DNA of 62,439 bases from Actinomycetes bacterium (GTDB lineage: Bacteria > Actinomycetota > Acidimicrobiia > Acidimicrobiales > Microtrichaceae), in assembly GCA_023437745.1 (NCBI GenBank), contig JAEZFI010000045.1:1-62439 (forward strand), read 5' to 3'. Within the stretch, counting starts at the first letter, position 1, and each line of letters starts with the position of its first letter. The notes under the pieces are model-generated. The model was not told the origin of the DNA, did not search any database, and was given only the letters and a program-made list of their open reading frames with translations. This document shows positions 61,937 through 62,439 of this stretch, in pieces. A program made the translations under genes and the position numbers.

Positions 61937-62439
61937 ATGGCGCCGACCGTGGGCAGCACCGCCGCCATCGCCGCAGTGGTTGGCGGTCTCGTCGGCATGG
62001 GCACCGCGGTGTCCCGCGAGGACGGCCGGCCGCTGAACTCGGCCGCGGACGCTGCCGACATCGGCGGTGGTGGCCCGCTGTCCGACGAGTGGGGCGGCGG
62101 GGACGACGGCGACGGCGGCGGGGGCAACAGCGACTCGCTGTTCGGCGACGACGACTTCGCGCTCAGCCCGTTCGACGACGGCGCCGACGATTTCGACCTC
62201 GGCGACAGCTTCGATCTCAACGACGAGTACAGCGATTTCGACGATGGTTTCGGCGACGACTTCGACTTCGACGAGGACGACTTCGACGACGACCTCGGCG
62301 ACTACGACTTCGGCGACGACTTCGATGACGAGGTGGCCGGTCCCCTGCCCCGCAGCGGCCCGCGCAGCCGCCCGGGCGGGGGGACGACCCGGCCGAGCAG
62401 CCCGTCGGCGCCCTCGCCGTCGCCTCGGCCCTCCACCCC
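61937..62439 (+). CDS. Membrane-anchored acidic protein with D/F/G-rich repeats (partial; runs off the window end)
   Basis: The frame is not listed in the track. It reads MAPTVGSTAAIAAVVGGLVGMGTAV (TM), then ...DDFDLGDSFDLNDEYSDFDDGFGDDFDFDEDDFDDD..., then a Pro/Ser tail. GC3 is very high, and the coding signal in this frame extends upstream to the G12 tract. Confidence 0.55.
   Translation, partial: MAPTVGSTAAIAAVVGGLVGMGTAVSREDGRPLNSAADAADIGGGGPLSDEWGGGDDGDGGGGNSDSLFGDDDFALSPFDDGADDFDLGDSFDLNDEYSDFDDGFGDDFDFDEDDFDDDLGDYDFGDDFDDEVAGPLPRSGPRSRPGGGTTRPSSPSAPSPSPRPST

Noticed and set aside
61849-62328. The 159-aa Arg-rich ORF listed in the track.
   Set aside because: Its composition is nonsense-like and its third-position GC is lower than that of the overlapping D/F-rich frame. 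It is most likely the wrong frame downstream of the G12 tract.

Overview
This is a densely coding, very GC-rich chromosomal window with an actinobacterial gene repertoire: an F420/LLM enzyme, TreXYZ, an LAxTG sorting signal, a SigF/SigB-type sigma factor and many apparently leaderless starts. About 65 genes are supportable, and most other long ORFs in the track are Arg/Pro/Gly-rich shadow frames. From left to right the window holds: an MFS transporter and a P-type ATPase; a 5-gene Dpp/Opp-type ABC importer; a response-regulator-PP2C / RsbW-like operon; an orphan NuoF-like flavoprotein; tRNA-Arg(CCT) flanked by tandem repeats; hemerythrin; a lectin-FN3-LAxTG surface protein; a CrtQ/CrtO-like glycosyl/acyl-transferase pair; GlsB and XthA; stress-type genes (DUF445, DUF1360, two Hrp1-like CBS proteins, BON); the trehalose genes glgX/treX-treY-treZ; a LigD PE+Pol protein; a STAS - nucleotidyltransferase - BON - metallophosphoesterase - CBS - sigma factor locus; a tightly coupled ADP-heptose biosynthesis and glycosyltransferase cluster (gmhA, hldE, GT2-gmhB fusion, two GT4-like, two GT9, carbamoyltransferase, SDR); and a Mo-bisPGD oxidoreductase with no N-terminal Fe-S cysteine motif. 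The strongest non-obvious signals are four. (1) A recurring GTTN-N15-17-GGGTA(G/C) promoter-like motif lies upstream of at least 15 genes, including the sigma factor gene and all three transcription units of the heptose cluster, and often sits exactly 9-10 nt before the start codon. (2) The complete heptose-nucleotide pathway with LPS-type heptosyltransferases occurs in an apparently Gram-positive-type genome. (3) A dispersed nested-hairpin repeat has CCGAGAACG-type units that recur as a tandem array beside the tRNA. (4) A G12 homopolymer separates a start codon from the frame that carries the coding signal of an acidic D/F-repeat protein. No CRISPR array, integrase, transposase or rRNA was seen.
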